This document shows positions 11,301 through 22,146 of a stretch of 64,000 bases of DNA, piece after piece. Below the pieces are notes generated by a model. That model did not search any database, was not told the DNA's origin, and saw nothing but the letters and a program-made list of their open reading frames with translations. The translations under genes and the position numbers were made by a program. Numbering within the stretch: the first letter of the stretch is position 1; each line of letters starts with the position of its first letter. The DNA is from Phoronis australis (Eukaryota; Animalia; Phoronida): contig NMRA01000008.1 of assembly GCA_002633005.1 (NCBI GenBank), forward strand, positions 966,284-1,030,283, in the 5' to 3' direction.

Positions 11301-14300
11301 CATTGTTACCTGAGAGGGGAAAAATATTCAAGACCTGCAAAATTGTTGAAAATGTAATGCGACTATATTTCTATTCCTATTTGCGAGTCCAAACTGCATC
11401 ACAATTGTGGCAGACACGTCGTTGCTGAACAGTGCATACATTTGGAAGTTACAAAATGAACCGTAGGCTGCAAGTTACACAAGTGGGGCTCACTACGCGA
11501 TTAAGGCCAAATAGTGTAAGAGTAGATATCACGGTGAATATGGAGTATCACTTACAATTATACATCATTTGACAATTATTTATTTATTAGAAGCTGAAGC
11601 AGAGCAACAGGCTTATGAAGAACACAAGAAGAAGATGCAGTTGGGTCATGTGTCCTATGTCGGCACAGCTGGAGGTGGTCAGCAGGTGGTCAGTGAACAT
11701 ACAGCTCGGATGAGGGCACAGCAGCATAACAAGAGTTCGGTATTTAACTCTAAGGTAGTTTGGGCACGCTTCATGAGGTGCTGCTTTTGTTTCTTGGGTA
11801 TGATACGCTCGTTACCTGCTAGGTTGTTGCCTAGCAGGAAAGTTTCACTGCTGTCAGTTTTAGCGTAGAGGTGTCTCCACTTCAGGGCCCAGGGTTTATA
11901 ATCCCCAAACAAAGATTAGATCTCGTGCCAAGTCATGGTCATCATTTTAGATCTGCTCATCCTGTTGTAGGGTGAAAGGGGTTTGCGTCATGATTCATGC
12001 AGGTAAAATTGTGGATTTCACAATCATGACATTTTTCAAGTTCACGACATATTATTTTGATTCCTCCCATGGTTTTCCCAGCCTGAGCCTCTGTTAATCA
12101 CTCATAGTTGCAAATGTCATATAATCAGTTTAGCTTAAGTATTAGTAAAATTGCACGAGTCGGAGACTTGCAGAAGTCGGGGTGTCACTTAATGCGGTAA
12201 AAGCTCCACAGTACAGTTGTTCTGGTTTGTGTTCTCAGCCTTTCAGATAATTTAGATTCCTCGTTGCTCGGATAATATATCTTGGTACGATTGGGTCCGA
12301 CTTGTGCAAGTTTTGCTGTAGTTACAGAACAGTTGTACCTTAAGAAGCACACCTCTCAATAACCAGTCTCAAAAATGCTTTTCTGATGTTATATTCTTGA
12401 AATCTCAGTTCAAGCTACCTCCAATTTCCCCCATGGAGCTACCCATAATGCCACTGGCATATCGCTATCAAGACTGGTGTATAAAACCTCAGAAGTGTCC
12501 TACTTTACAATAGTTAACGTCCCTCTCCTGATGCTCTGTGTGTGAACCATTGTGAACGGTTTGCAGCAATGTGTAAGGATACGACGTGAGAGATATAGGT
12601 CTGGAAAATCCGTATTGTGGAATATTTGCTCTTGTTTACAGCAAAAGGCTCAAGAATGGAGGGACAATAAAAAGAGGATTGAAGAGCAAGAGATACAACG
12701 AAAAAGAAATGCTCAACGTGAAAAGGTTTGACATCCGTGCATCATGATGTTGCTTCGTGTTAAAAGCTTCATTTCTCCATGTTGAGCGAGCAGTCAAATC
12801 CTGAAAATCGATTTGCTGTAAAATCTCATCAGTTTAGGACACAATATGGCCAACAAGTCGTCATGAATTGTATTGTTTCCACTGAATACCCGACTCATTA
12901 TCCAGTGAGTCGAGTTCATTTCCATATCTTTTGTGTTCATTGCCTTTTTATCGGACTAGCTGCTGCTTGAAGTCATCATCGTTTTGTTTACATCAAAGGT
13001 CAAAGGTCACACTTTCCATAATGTCTATGTCTTGCCATACAAAATAAGGTGACGAGCTTTGCCTTGTGGTAGAAAAATCGACCAAGTGATGAGCTGTTGA
13101 CATCATTTTTTTGACATTCGAAACTAAAAGAAAAAAATGCTTTGACATCAACAGAGATTCAAAATTTTTATGAACGAACCATAAAAATACCTGGTGAACA
13201 GGTTGAATTCTGTTTCGGTGGCAGACAACCATTTTGAATTATGCAATTCAGTCTGTTTTCGCTTTCCAGGCCTTTTTAAGCATCGCGCATAATAGTGGCT
13301 GTTTATTTATATGTCAAAAAATGTAAATGACAATTCCATGTAATGGGAAATTGCGTTGAAATCTTTGAAAAAAATTGGGCATTCACGACAATGTTTGAAG
13401 CCCTTGAAAAATGAAGAAAGGGCAACAACCCTTCACACAAACCAGTTGATCATCAGCAGTCAGTATGTTTTTGGGGAACTTATGATCATGCAAATGAGTT
13501 TGAGGTTCATGGGTGAATTTTTGTTTGTTCATGCATAATGTTACATTTTGTATTCATGGATCAGTGCTTCTTGCTCATAATTCAGTAATTCTGCAAAGGA
13601 TTTCAATGTCCTATCCTATTTAAATGTTTTACCCATGGTATAAGTAGCAAGCATATAGTTTCTTGAAACTAATAAATTTTATTAACTCATAGTGTGATTC
13701 TTTTTCAACTAAATCACGTTTGCAGGTTCACTTGTATAAGTGGCAACAGCCAGTTAAAGGGGCCCCAGATTTTGAGAACCATTTTTAATTGCTGCATGTT
13801 ATTCAGTACAGAAAACTGGTTCTTAAAATGTGGGGCTCCTTGCAAGTGATTACTACCACATCAGTTACCATGAGATGACTTTCTTGTCTAGCTCAAAGTT
13901 AATATGAATTACTAATCGCGTTCTTTCAGTCATATCAGAACAAAGCCAATGAACAAGCGAGACAGGAGCAACTGCGAGATGACCATTATAGGTATGTCTG
14001 TGTTGTGATGTAAGACAATGAGTCACTTGATAACCACCAGGTGGTACTAAGACACTCTTTTTAATACAACAGGAACACTACTGTTCATGTGTAGGATTAC
14101 AATTCTTGGTTCTAAATGCCCCACCTGACTACATGAAGCTGTATGTTTCTTGTGGTAAGGCGGTTGCTTATCAAGCACCACTTTATGAATTAGTGTTCCT
14201 CACTTGTTGGTTACTTGAAGTAGCAATTTTGGTATCTGGAAATAAATGATTTTCTTGAAATTTTGATACTAAACAGAACATTTTGTTGCTTAGAAAAATA

Positions 14301-17300
14301 GATTGTAATGCTGTCTGTTAACTTCTTCATTTCCCCCCCAAAGCTTTTGGTGAGTCACCCTCATTATTATGTGGATAAGCATATTGGGTAGTTCCCCATT
14401 CTTGACCCTGTTAATCCTCTATTCCCTGGGAGATAAGTAGGTTTAATGACATTGGCAGACAAGAGGAAGACAACTTTTAACAAATTCTGATCAAAGGTAG
14501 ATTTTTTTTATTTTTCTAGCATCTTTGAAGAAATTTCACTTGATCGTTTACTATGTCAAATTAGGAATGAAACAATGGACTCTAAAATATTTATCATCAA
14601 GATTTAATTGACTCGAATAAAAACAATTCTGATTTAGGATCTGAATTATGTCAGATGTGACACAAAATATGTACCGGGGCCTGGAGGATATGAATTTTAA
14701 CTGAAACCTTTCATTGACTGCCACACCTGAAATCTTGAATACTCTACCTGCCTCAGCATAGTTTTTCATAAGTTACATAATTATTATGATTTCAAATGGC
14801 AAGTATTTTTTCAAATGGTTTTCCATATTGTGAGATTCCCATTAATTCGTGATTCAACGTTAGTCAAAGTGTTACTGCAAAACTGTTTGAAATTGGTTCA
14901 GATGACTAGCCCTAAATGATTGGAAGCATTTTTCTACAAACAAACAAGTTGTAATTCTCCGGTGTGGAGGCATACTGTTTGACTAACGTTTACAGAGTAT
15001 ATTCACGCCATCAACTAACGTTTTCCGTTGGGAACGTTAGTCAGCCAGAGTTCACCAATGTACATTCATTTCATCGACTAAAATTTTCCTTGGGGAAAGT
15101 TAGTTTGAATTTGCCTGTACAGATTCATGCCATCGACTGACATTTTCCATAGGGAACGTTAGTCAAAATTCTCCAGAGTAGTGTCATGTCATCGACTAAC
15201 GTTTTCTGTGAGGAATGTTAGTCAGCCAGAGTTCACCAATTGTCAGCATTTTGATGAGAACTTCTTACCTTCGCAGTCCATAACTTGCTGAACCATAACG
15301 CAGCAATGACGTAGATGGAACACCTGACTATGCTGCTGGTGTTAACCGCATGAAAAGAAGTTAACTATTTTGTTTGAAGTCGATAATCAACATTTAATTT
15401 AAAATATGACTAACTAGCTGTATTTATGAAAGAACTCCCGTGTTCGTGCTCAGCCAACTTCTTGCAGAACGACATTGCAGTAATCACTAAAATAGGCATA
15501 CAAATCTCCCGTATGGCTGAAATCTGATCACACAGTTCCCGTTAGCAACCAGTAGAGAAGTTAACAACTTAACATTAACTCAACAATTAACAGTAATACA
15601 TTAATATTTATTAATTTAAAGAACTCCCAAGTTCCCACTCATCCATTCGTGCCGAACGATTACGCCACAATCACGAAATTCGTCTACAAATCCCCCATGA
15701 ACTCTTGTTTGCCGCTTGTAGAGAAGTTAACAATTAAAATGAAGCTGGCAATTAGCTGAAATAGCAGCTATTTTAAACACGACTGACTTATAGTAAAGAC
15801 CTCTTTCCTTCGCAACGGACACGCACGTACGGCTGCTACCTGACTTTACTGCTTCTATTAGTCGCCAGGATGCAAAAATGCGTCATATTACAAATAAAAC
15901 GCGTGATATGACGCATGTTTGCGTGATATGACGCATATGTGCGTTACATTACGTATATTTGCATCATATTGCGCAAACCGTTACACACAAAAGTTACAAT
16001 TGCCTACTACCAAGATGTTGTTTATTTGTTTTTCAAAGTAAAGTCAGAAATGTGTTTAGAAAATGATAGTCTTTCATACCAAGTCATTTTTGATAGGCAC
16101 AGGCTCCGTGAGGAAATATCGAGTTCAGCTACTAGGACCGGTAGCGGATTTTGGGGGGCAGTTTATACCCCAAGTCGCGGCAGAATCGTGACCCTGTTTT
16201 TTTTTTTTAAGTCCAACGATATAGTTTCTGAACAGAAGGTTCACATCCCTGGCTCTGGAACTTTCGGGCCGCCTGTTCAAATACAATCGCGCTTTGTACA
16301 ATTCCCCGAGGCAACGGGTTGGGCCCCCCCCTTATTGTATCCTAGATCCTCCACTGTATTACATTCCAGTTCAGGACTAAGTGAGATATTCCCTATTTAA
16401 ATAAGATCGACTGGGTGAGATTTGGTGTTAACATTACTATTTCTTCAACAAAGGAGTAGTTTTAACTAGGGGAAAGGTGCTGATATCATTGGTTGAGTGA
16501 TATGCCCTCACATTATTGTAATAGACATTACAATAGTGAAGTCATTGTTTTCTAAATAATAACATCTTTCTGCTTACACAATCTATATGATTTTTTTTAG
16601 CTTTTAAACTTTGTCACTCTGCCATGTTTTATTATAATGTATTTGCATTAATTTTGAGAAATAACCTGATTTCAAATCCAATTTAGAGGAAACACAAATA
16701 ACTTTCTATTTTTGCTATGGAGTAGTGAACTGTTTATTGATATTTTACAATCCTGTAAAAGTAATCAGGAAGTTTCACACATCTCTGAATGGCTCATTTT
16801 TTTCATAAAATTAAATTTTATCTCGTATTTTATTAAACTATCAACTTCCAAACACAGCGCCTTCAACCAAACCATAGGCAAAGAATTTGTTTTTCAGTGG
16901 ATCACATTTCAGCTGTTCTGTGGGAGAGATGGAAAGGGCTAAGGTGACTATTATGTAACTAGTGTGCTGTTTTCTCAGAATTTCAACTTGTGTCACAACT
17001 CTGTGGTTTCCAAGTCTTACACTTAGGTGGTGAGGTTTTCACAGGCCAGCTAAGTTGAAAGAACTAAGATGCTGTGTATTTGAAGTGAGTTAAATTGTAA
17101 AAATATCAATATAATAAAAGTTTTTAGTTTTCAAATTTTCAAACAAGGGGTATTAATAAATAAAATGGGACTGCTAAGTGCAATTATGTAATAATAGTAA
17201 TTACTAAGAGTGATTATCGCTGTAGCTAATTTTATTGCTGCTTATTTTCAGCATTGGTCCTACCAGTTTGAATGAATGGATGCTTGAGTGAACGGAAGTT

Positions 17301-20300
17301 TGAGTGAATGGATGTTTGAGTGAACGGAAGCTTGAGTGAATGGATGTTTGAGTGAATGGATGTTTGAGTGAACGGATGTTTGAGTGAATGGATGTTTGTC
17401 TGGATGTTTGAGTGAATGGCATCATAGTTAACACATGTAGTTGTGGTCAATCATGGGTAAATTTCCATTTCTGTTGCCAGAAGCAACCCTTTACGAATAT
17501 AATTTTTACAACTGGTAGGAGTTTTGAGTAAATACTCTGAATCAAATAGTTCAGGCCATGACATCCTCAGTAAAAAATATTTAGTTTATGATAACCCAGA
17601 AGTATAGATCATTATACCTAGGTTTTCATGTAATACAGAGAAATTGTACCAAGTTAGATCATTATACCTGGGTTTACATGTAATGCAGAGAAATTGTGCC
17701 AAGTTAGATCATTATACCTGGGTTTACATGTAATACAGAGATATTGTGCCACTTTAGATCATTATACCTGGGTTTACATGTAATACAGAGAAATTGTGCC
17801 AAGTTAGATCATTATACCTGGGTTTACATGTAATACAGAGAAATTGTGCCAAGTTAGATCATTATACCTGGGTTTACATGTAATGCAGAAATATTGTGCC
17901 AAGTTAGGTCATTATACCTGGGTTTACATGTAATACAGAGAAATTTTGCCAAGTTAGGTCATTATACCTGGGTTTGCATGTAATACAGAGAAATTGTGCT
18001 ACTTGACATTCTAATAACAGGGAATATAAAACAGAAACAAAACAAGCAATGCAATACTTGAAGCTAACTAAGTTTTTCATCAAACTAAAACTTTGAGAAA
18101 AAGAGAAGAAGGAAAAGGAAAGCTAATTTGGTGCATGGCTTTTAATAATACTAGTTTTTAAAGAGAAAACATCTTTTGAAGATATGTTCTGACACACATT
18201 TAAGTACATTAGTGTTTGAAAAATACATCAAGATATTGCTTCCATACAGTGAAAAATTAGCATGAGCAGACATTTGTTAAATTTGAATGGAATAGATCCA
18301 AGTATCATGTAAGTTCACAGAGTGGAAGAGCAGTTGGCGTTGAGCATTGATGAAGGGGTATTTCATGAAAAAATGATCTACCATTGGTCTCTCCGCATAT
18401 AGACTTCAGTTGGAGGTATCGGGGAATATGATTAATTTGTTGGAAATACAGGTTAAGTCCAAATCTTAAATGATTTTCATAAATTTCTTTAGGATGTAGT
18501 AAATATGTGTTTGCAATGGGTCCAATTACAGTTAGTGAAATTTTTCTTTGGAAGTGAGGATCAGATTTTAACTTGAAGGGTTGAATTAGGCCGAATTTAC
18601 TATTAATTCATTGGGGACTGTCGCGCATACCGAGACTGTAGTCTTTCTAAAGTCTTGAAGGTTATTAAAGGGAATACATAATTCAGCTAGTTTTCTTAGT
18701 TCAAAATTAGGTCATCTGGTATTATGTTATAATATTTGATTGAATTTGAATAATTATGAATGCCATTAGTGTCTTTAATGGGTATGTCATGAAATGCGAC
18801 TTTATAGTTGGATAGGGTAACCCAGTTGAATGTGTCTAATGTTTTTATTTTACTGGATCCTTTAATAACCCCAGTAACATAAAGGATAACATGGCTCTGC
18901 AGTTGCTCAAGCCTTATTAGATCATTCATACTTGTACTGGTAATGACGGTTGGATATAACGTGCCCCAATTTTGAGAACCGGTTCTAGCCACTGAATAAG
19001 TGGTGGAAAACTGGTTCTCAAAAAACGTGCACGTGGTATCCGACTATTGCCATCTACTGATGTAATTATACACACTGGTGAGATAGGCCATTCAAAGAAG
19101 TTGTGCATGGTTTACACTTCAATGCCAACTACAGGTTTGAGCAGCACAGTGTATCTCCTCTAGCAATGCTCTTCCACGATTAATCCATATGAATTGTCAA
19201 AACATGTTGGTGTGGTTCCTGTGGGATTCTTGTTGTAGAACCTGTTGTAAGACATGAACAATATTCTCATCTTGCCAATTCCACGCATCAGGCTGGAAGT
19301 TACACATGTAGTTAATTAGGTGGTGACACCAGGGGGCAGTAATATACAGTGATTTACAGTTAGTGGATGACACAAACCGACCTGGCACTGAAGAATTCTG
19401 ACTAACACTCCCATGGAAAGTGTTAGTCAAATAATGTAAAATTCTGACTGACTAACGTTCCCCATGGAAAACGTTAGTCGATGGCATGAACCTACATTGG
19501 AGAATTTTGACTAACGGTTCCCACAGAAAACAGTTGATGACATAAATCCACACATCAACAGAATTCTGCCTGACTAATACTCCGGTTGCTCCGCACAGAA
19601 AGCATTAGTTGATGGCATGAATCTATACAGGAGAATTAAAACTATCTTTCCCCACAGGAAACCTTAGTCAATGAAATGAATCCTTATTGGTGAACTCTGC
19701 CTGACTAGCGTTCCCCACGAAAACGTTAGTGGTTGGCATGAATCTACATGGGTAAATTCTGATAGACTAATGTTCTCCAAGGAAAACATTAGTCGATGGC
19801 ATGAATCTAAGTGAGAGAATTCAAACTAACTATTCGTACAGAAAACCTTAGTGGATGAAATGAATTTATATTGGTGAACTCTGCCAGTTCCCCACTGAAA
19901 ATGTAAGTCGATGGCATGAAACTACACTCATTGATAAATGTTAGTCAAACTTGTCATTGGAGAACTCCAACTAACTGATCTTAGTTTGAAGAAAAATGCT
20001 TTCAATCAGTTAGTATTAGTTATCTTGACAAGTTTCAACCAGTAATTAGTAGCACTTTGATTAACGTTGAATTACGAAATCAATGAGAGACTCACAATAT
20101 GGAAAACCATTTGAAAAACAATTGCCATTTGTAATTATGACATGTTAAGTTTAGAATATCATAAAACAATGTTAGTACTTCTTATCCTGGCTGAACGCAA
20201 TTATAACGATCCATCAACAAATAACAATTTTAGAGCATTTGAGTGGTTGCACTCCAAGAATTTACATATGCAAGTGCATATTAAATTCCTTTCTCTGAAA

Positions 20301-21192
20301 TAAATAATTATGAAAATAGCCTTTTTTGACAAGATACTCTGTTGCAAAGTGAAGCTATAATCCCGTGAATTAAGGAATTTTGTGAGGAATCATTTTTAAT
20401 CAGTCCTGGAACGTACTACCCGTGAGGGTTTGACAGGTATGTGTTATATTACCCTTAAAGCTGCATCTCGTCCTATTTAGCTGGCTCAGAAGTGAAAATT
20501 GAATTAAACAGTTTAGTCTGACTTACGAAATTTAGCTCATAATAATTCTTACAATGGTAGGATTCTATTTCCGTTTCCAACAATAACTTCAAAACCATCA
20601 CAAATTCAAGAAAAGAGTTGATTGGAATTATCCAACCTTAGAATTGCACAGATTTGAAAATGACACCTGTAGGCATTGCCTGTGACTAGAGTTGCCAGCT
20701 CATCACATAATGATTCAGGTTCAGTTATCTGGTAATGTTTTTAAAGCCAAAAAAAACTTCCACTGAAAAATTAATATTGACAAGTTAACGGGTAAAATTC
20801 TGCTTAAAAGGATGCTCCTGTTGTTTTTAAGTCTAGTTAGGTATAAGCCATGAAAATTTTTCTTTTCTCTTGAATAAACATTAAAATCGGCATTGGCAGA
20901 AATCTAATTCTCAGGGTTTTTTGTAATACTGGACTTCCAATTTGTGTGTGGGACAAAAAGGTACTCAAACTTAGGGAAATGTGAAGTTGTACTTGTAAAA
21001 ACGGAATCATGTCGTCCAAAATATGTCTTTCATGATTAAAAAAGGCTTTTTTCACTTACAGACTTCTTTGGAATTTTTATCTGCTTCTGCTAGGTCCCAC
21101 TAAAGAAATTTTCTTGTCATGTTTTTATTGTCCCCTTCAGGAAAAATCAGGCATTTCTAGATAGACTTGAAAGGCAAAGTGGCGGCAGATGA
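8334..21192 (+). CDS. EPSTI1: Epithelial-stromal interaction protein 1 (EPSTI1)-like coiled-coil protein, 6 coding exons, 214 aa
   Basis: Exons: 8334-8557 (MTTPSRPARTQNPRGRG...DNDES), 10552-10610 (YKPYTVIAPNEKKRQQVTR), 11591-11754 (QAEAEQQAYEEHKKKMQLGHVSYVGTAGGGQQVVSEHTARMRAQQHNKSSVFNSK), 12642-12725 (QKAQEWRDNKKRIEEQEIQRKRNAQREK), 13930-13991 (SYQNKANEQARQEQLRDDHYR), 21141-21192 (KNQAFLDRLERQSGGR*). GT-AG introns, phases 2,1,0,0,2 all compatible; total 645 nt. The motifs YT.IAPNE..R, GG..SE...R, E.Q..K..QREK and AFL.RL match my recollection of EPSTI1. Confidence 0.85.
8583..8937. mobile_element. MITE family A copy in EPSTI1 intron 1
   Basis: GGGCTCTAATATTTCTACTTGAAACCGCACTCAACATTAT pairs with ATAATTTTGAGTGTCGTTTCGAGTAAAAAGATTTGATCCCGGACCC. 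Confidence 0.6.
9039..9327. mobile_element. MITE family B (CAGGGGCGGATCCAGGATTTT termini, Harbinger/PIF-like)
   Basis: Ends are CAGGGGCGGATCCAGGATTTTGAGTTAGGGGGG and CCCCCCTTAAATCTGCCAGTG. Both ends are shared, in opposite orientation, with 50761-50917. Confidence 0.7.
16139..16356. mobile_element. MITE family B-related degenerate copy nested in the foldback element
   Basis: Termini CGGTAGCGGATTTTGGGGGG ... CCCCCCCC...CTAGATCCTCCACTG. A similar right end (TGGATCCGCGCCTG) occurs at ~33810-33823. Confidence 0.5.
17268..17419. repeat. 16-bp minisatellite (TTGAGTGAATGGATGT), ~9 copies
   Basis: Directly visible; it generates the spurious ORFs at 17204-17450. Confidence 0.9.
17601..18000. repeat. 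50-bp minisatellite (AGTTAGATCATTATACCTGGGTTTACATGTAATACAGAGAAATTGTGCCA), ~8 copies
   Basis: Directly visible head-to-tail array with few substitutions. Confidence 0.95.
18165..19110 (-). mobile_element. Decayed 3' fragment of non-LTR retrotransposon ORF2 (CR1/L2-group-like), with stops and frameshifts
   Basis: Piecewise minus-strand translation gives NDLIRLEQLQSHVILYVTGVIKGSSKIKTLDTFNWVTLS (post-RT motif LE..Q....R.ITG..KG.S...L...L.W.TL) and ICGET/VDHFFMKYP..AQRQLLF...LYGSN.L....N..VL..V..HI...CF (C-terminal CCHC-like knuckle and terminal motif of LINE ORF2). Confidence 0.65.
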
Positions 21193-21594
21193 TTTGTGGG
21201 CGTTCACGATTGACATTCATTGTTCATGGAGAAGGCCAGGCATAACAGAAAAGCCAAGAGTAAATAATCATAGATGATACACGGATGATTTTATATGGAA
21301 AGAAGCTGTGTTTTAACAGCAATGGTATTTTAGAGTTTTAAAATAGACTTGTCAGCCAGTAGTGACCTCTATTATTTGTGAATTTTCAGTTTTGTACATT
21401 TTTGTGTTGTATATTTTCGTGTTTGTACATTTCCATGTGTATTGTGAATTTCCTGCCGATACAATGTTCTTGAAAAGTAAAACATTTGTATGCTCCTGTT
21501 ATTTCTCCTTCAAAGGAAATGTCTTGTGAAAATAGTTCTAGTCCAAGAGTCTGTTTCAGCCTGAATAATGGCTTTTGTAAGTCTTAAAAGACTT

Positions 21595-21752
21595 AGGACT
21601 GAAATTTGGTCTGACGCTCCACACAACTATTATGGTAAAACATTATATCCCTCTTGGGCAAAAATGCAAAGTCTTTGAGAATATGCTCATAACTGTCGGT
21701 CACTTTTCAGCCAACTGTGAAATGGGAGCTAAGACCAAATTTCTGTCTTAAG
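21595..21752. mobile_element. Short TIR element (~160 bp)
   Basis: CTTAGGACTGAAATTTGGTCTGACGCTCC pairs with GGAGCTAAGACCAAATTTCTGTCTTAAG. Confidence 0.5.
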
Positions 21753-22146
21753 GTTACGGGTATCTCAAACCTTGTTCACCAAAATTGGCTATTTTTACAG
21801 CATTTCAGGTGTCTAGCAAAATACCTTATCTTCATTCTCAGGGAACTAATCAAAAATTCCTAACAGCGTTTTTGTGGTAACTGGTGAAGTTTTCATTTAA
21901 AAAAAGGTTTCATTAAAATCGACCGAGGGGTTATTTTGCTATGAATGTACCTTTCTTAAAACTGAAATTTTGAATTAAAAAGGTGCTAACCTAATCATAA
22001 TAATGGTACATAAATATAAAACATATTTTTATATTCCCTGATCTTTTTTTTCAGAAAATATATACTTTTTCTAGTTGTCAAAGCTTAGTTTTTTAGTATA
22101 TAATTAGGAGTTAGAATGGAGGCCAGGTTTGAGATAACCTTTTAAA
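21749..22146. mobile_element. Possible Kolobok-like non-autonomous element (TTAA flanks)
   Basis: TTAAGGTTACGGGTATCTCAAACCT...AGGTTTGAGATAACCTTTTAA imperfect TIRs. Confidence 0.4.

Larger units (their letters stand above)
14785..20140. mobile_element. Foldback-like non-autonomous DNA element (~5.3 kb) with long modular inverted arms, inside the last EPSTI1 intron
   Basis: Left arm ~14785-15240 is the reverse complement of right arm ~19390-20140, e.g. AAATGGCAAGTATTTTTTCAAATGGTTTTCCATATTGTGAG vs CTCACAATATGGAAAACCATTTGAAAAACAATTGCCATTT. The inner part of each arm is a ~60-bp tandem subrepeat containing a GACTAACGTTTTCC-N3/4-GGGAACGTTAGTC palindrome. Termini are approximate; no target-site duplication identified. 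Confidence 0.7.

Noticed and set aside
15010-15240. Regularly spaced palindromic ~30-bp repeats (also at 19400-19920) resembling a CRISPR array
   Set aside because: The 'spacers' are homologous to each other, the repeats are degenerate, no cas genes are present and the context is a eukaryotic intron. They are transposon-arm subrepeats.
17204-17450. ORFs with repeated HPFTQTSIHS-like peptides
   Set aside because: Artefact of the 16-bp minisatellite.
17601-18000. 50-bp array as CRISPR
   Set aside because: Head-to-tail units with no unique spacers; it is a minisatellite.
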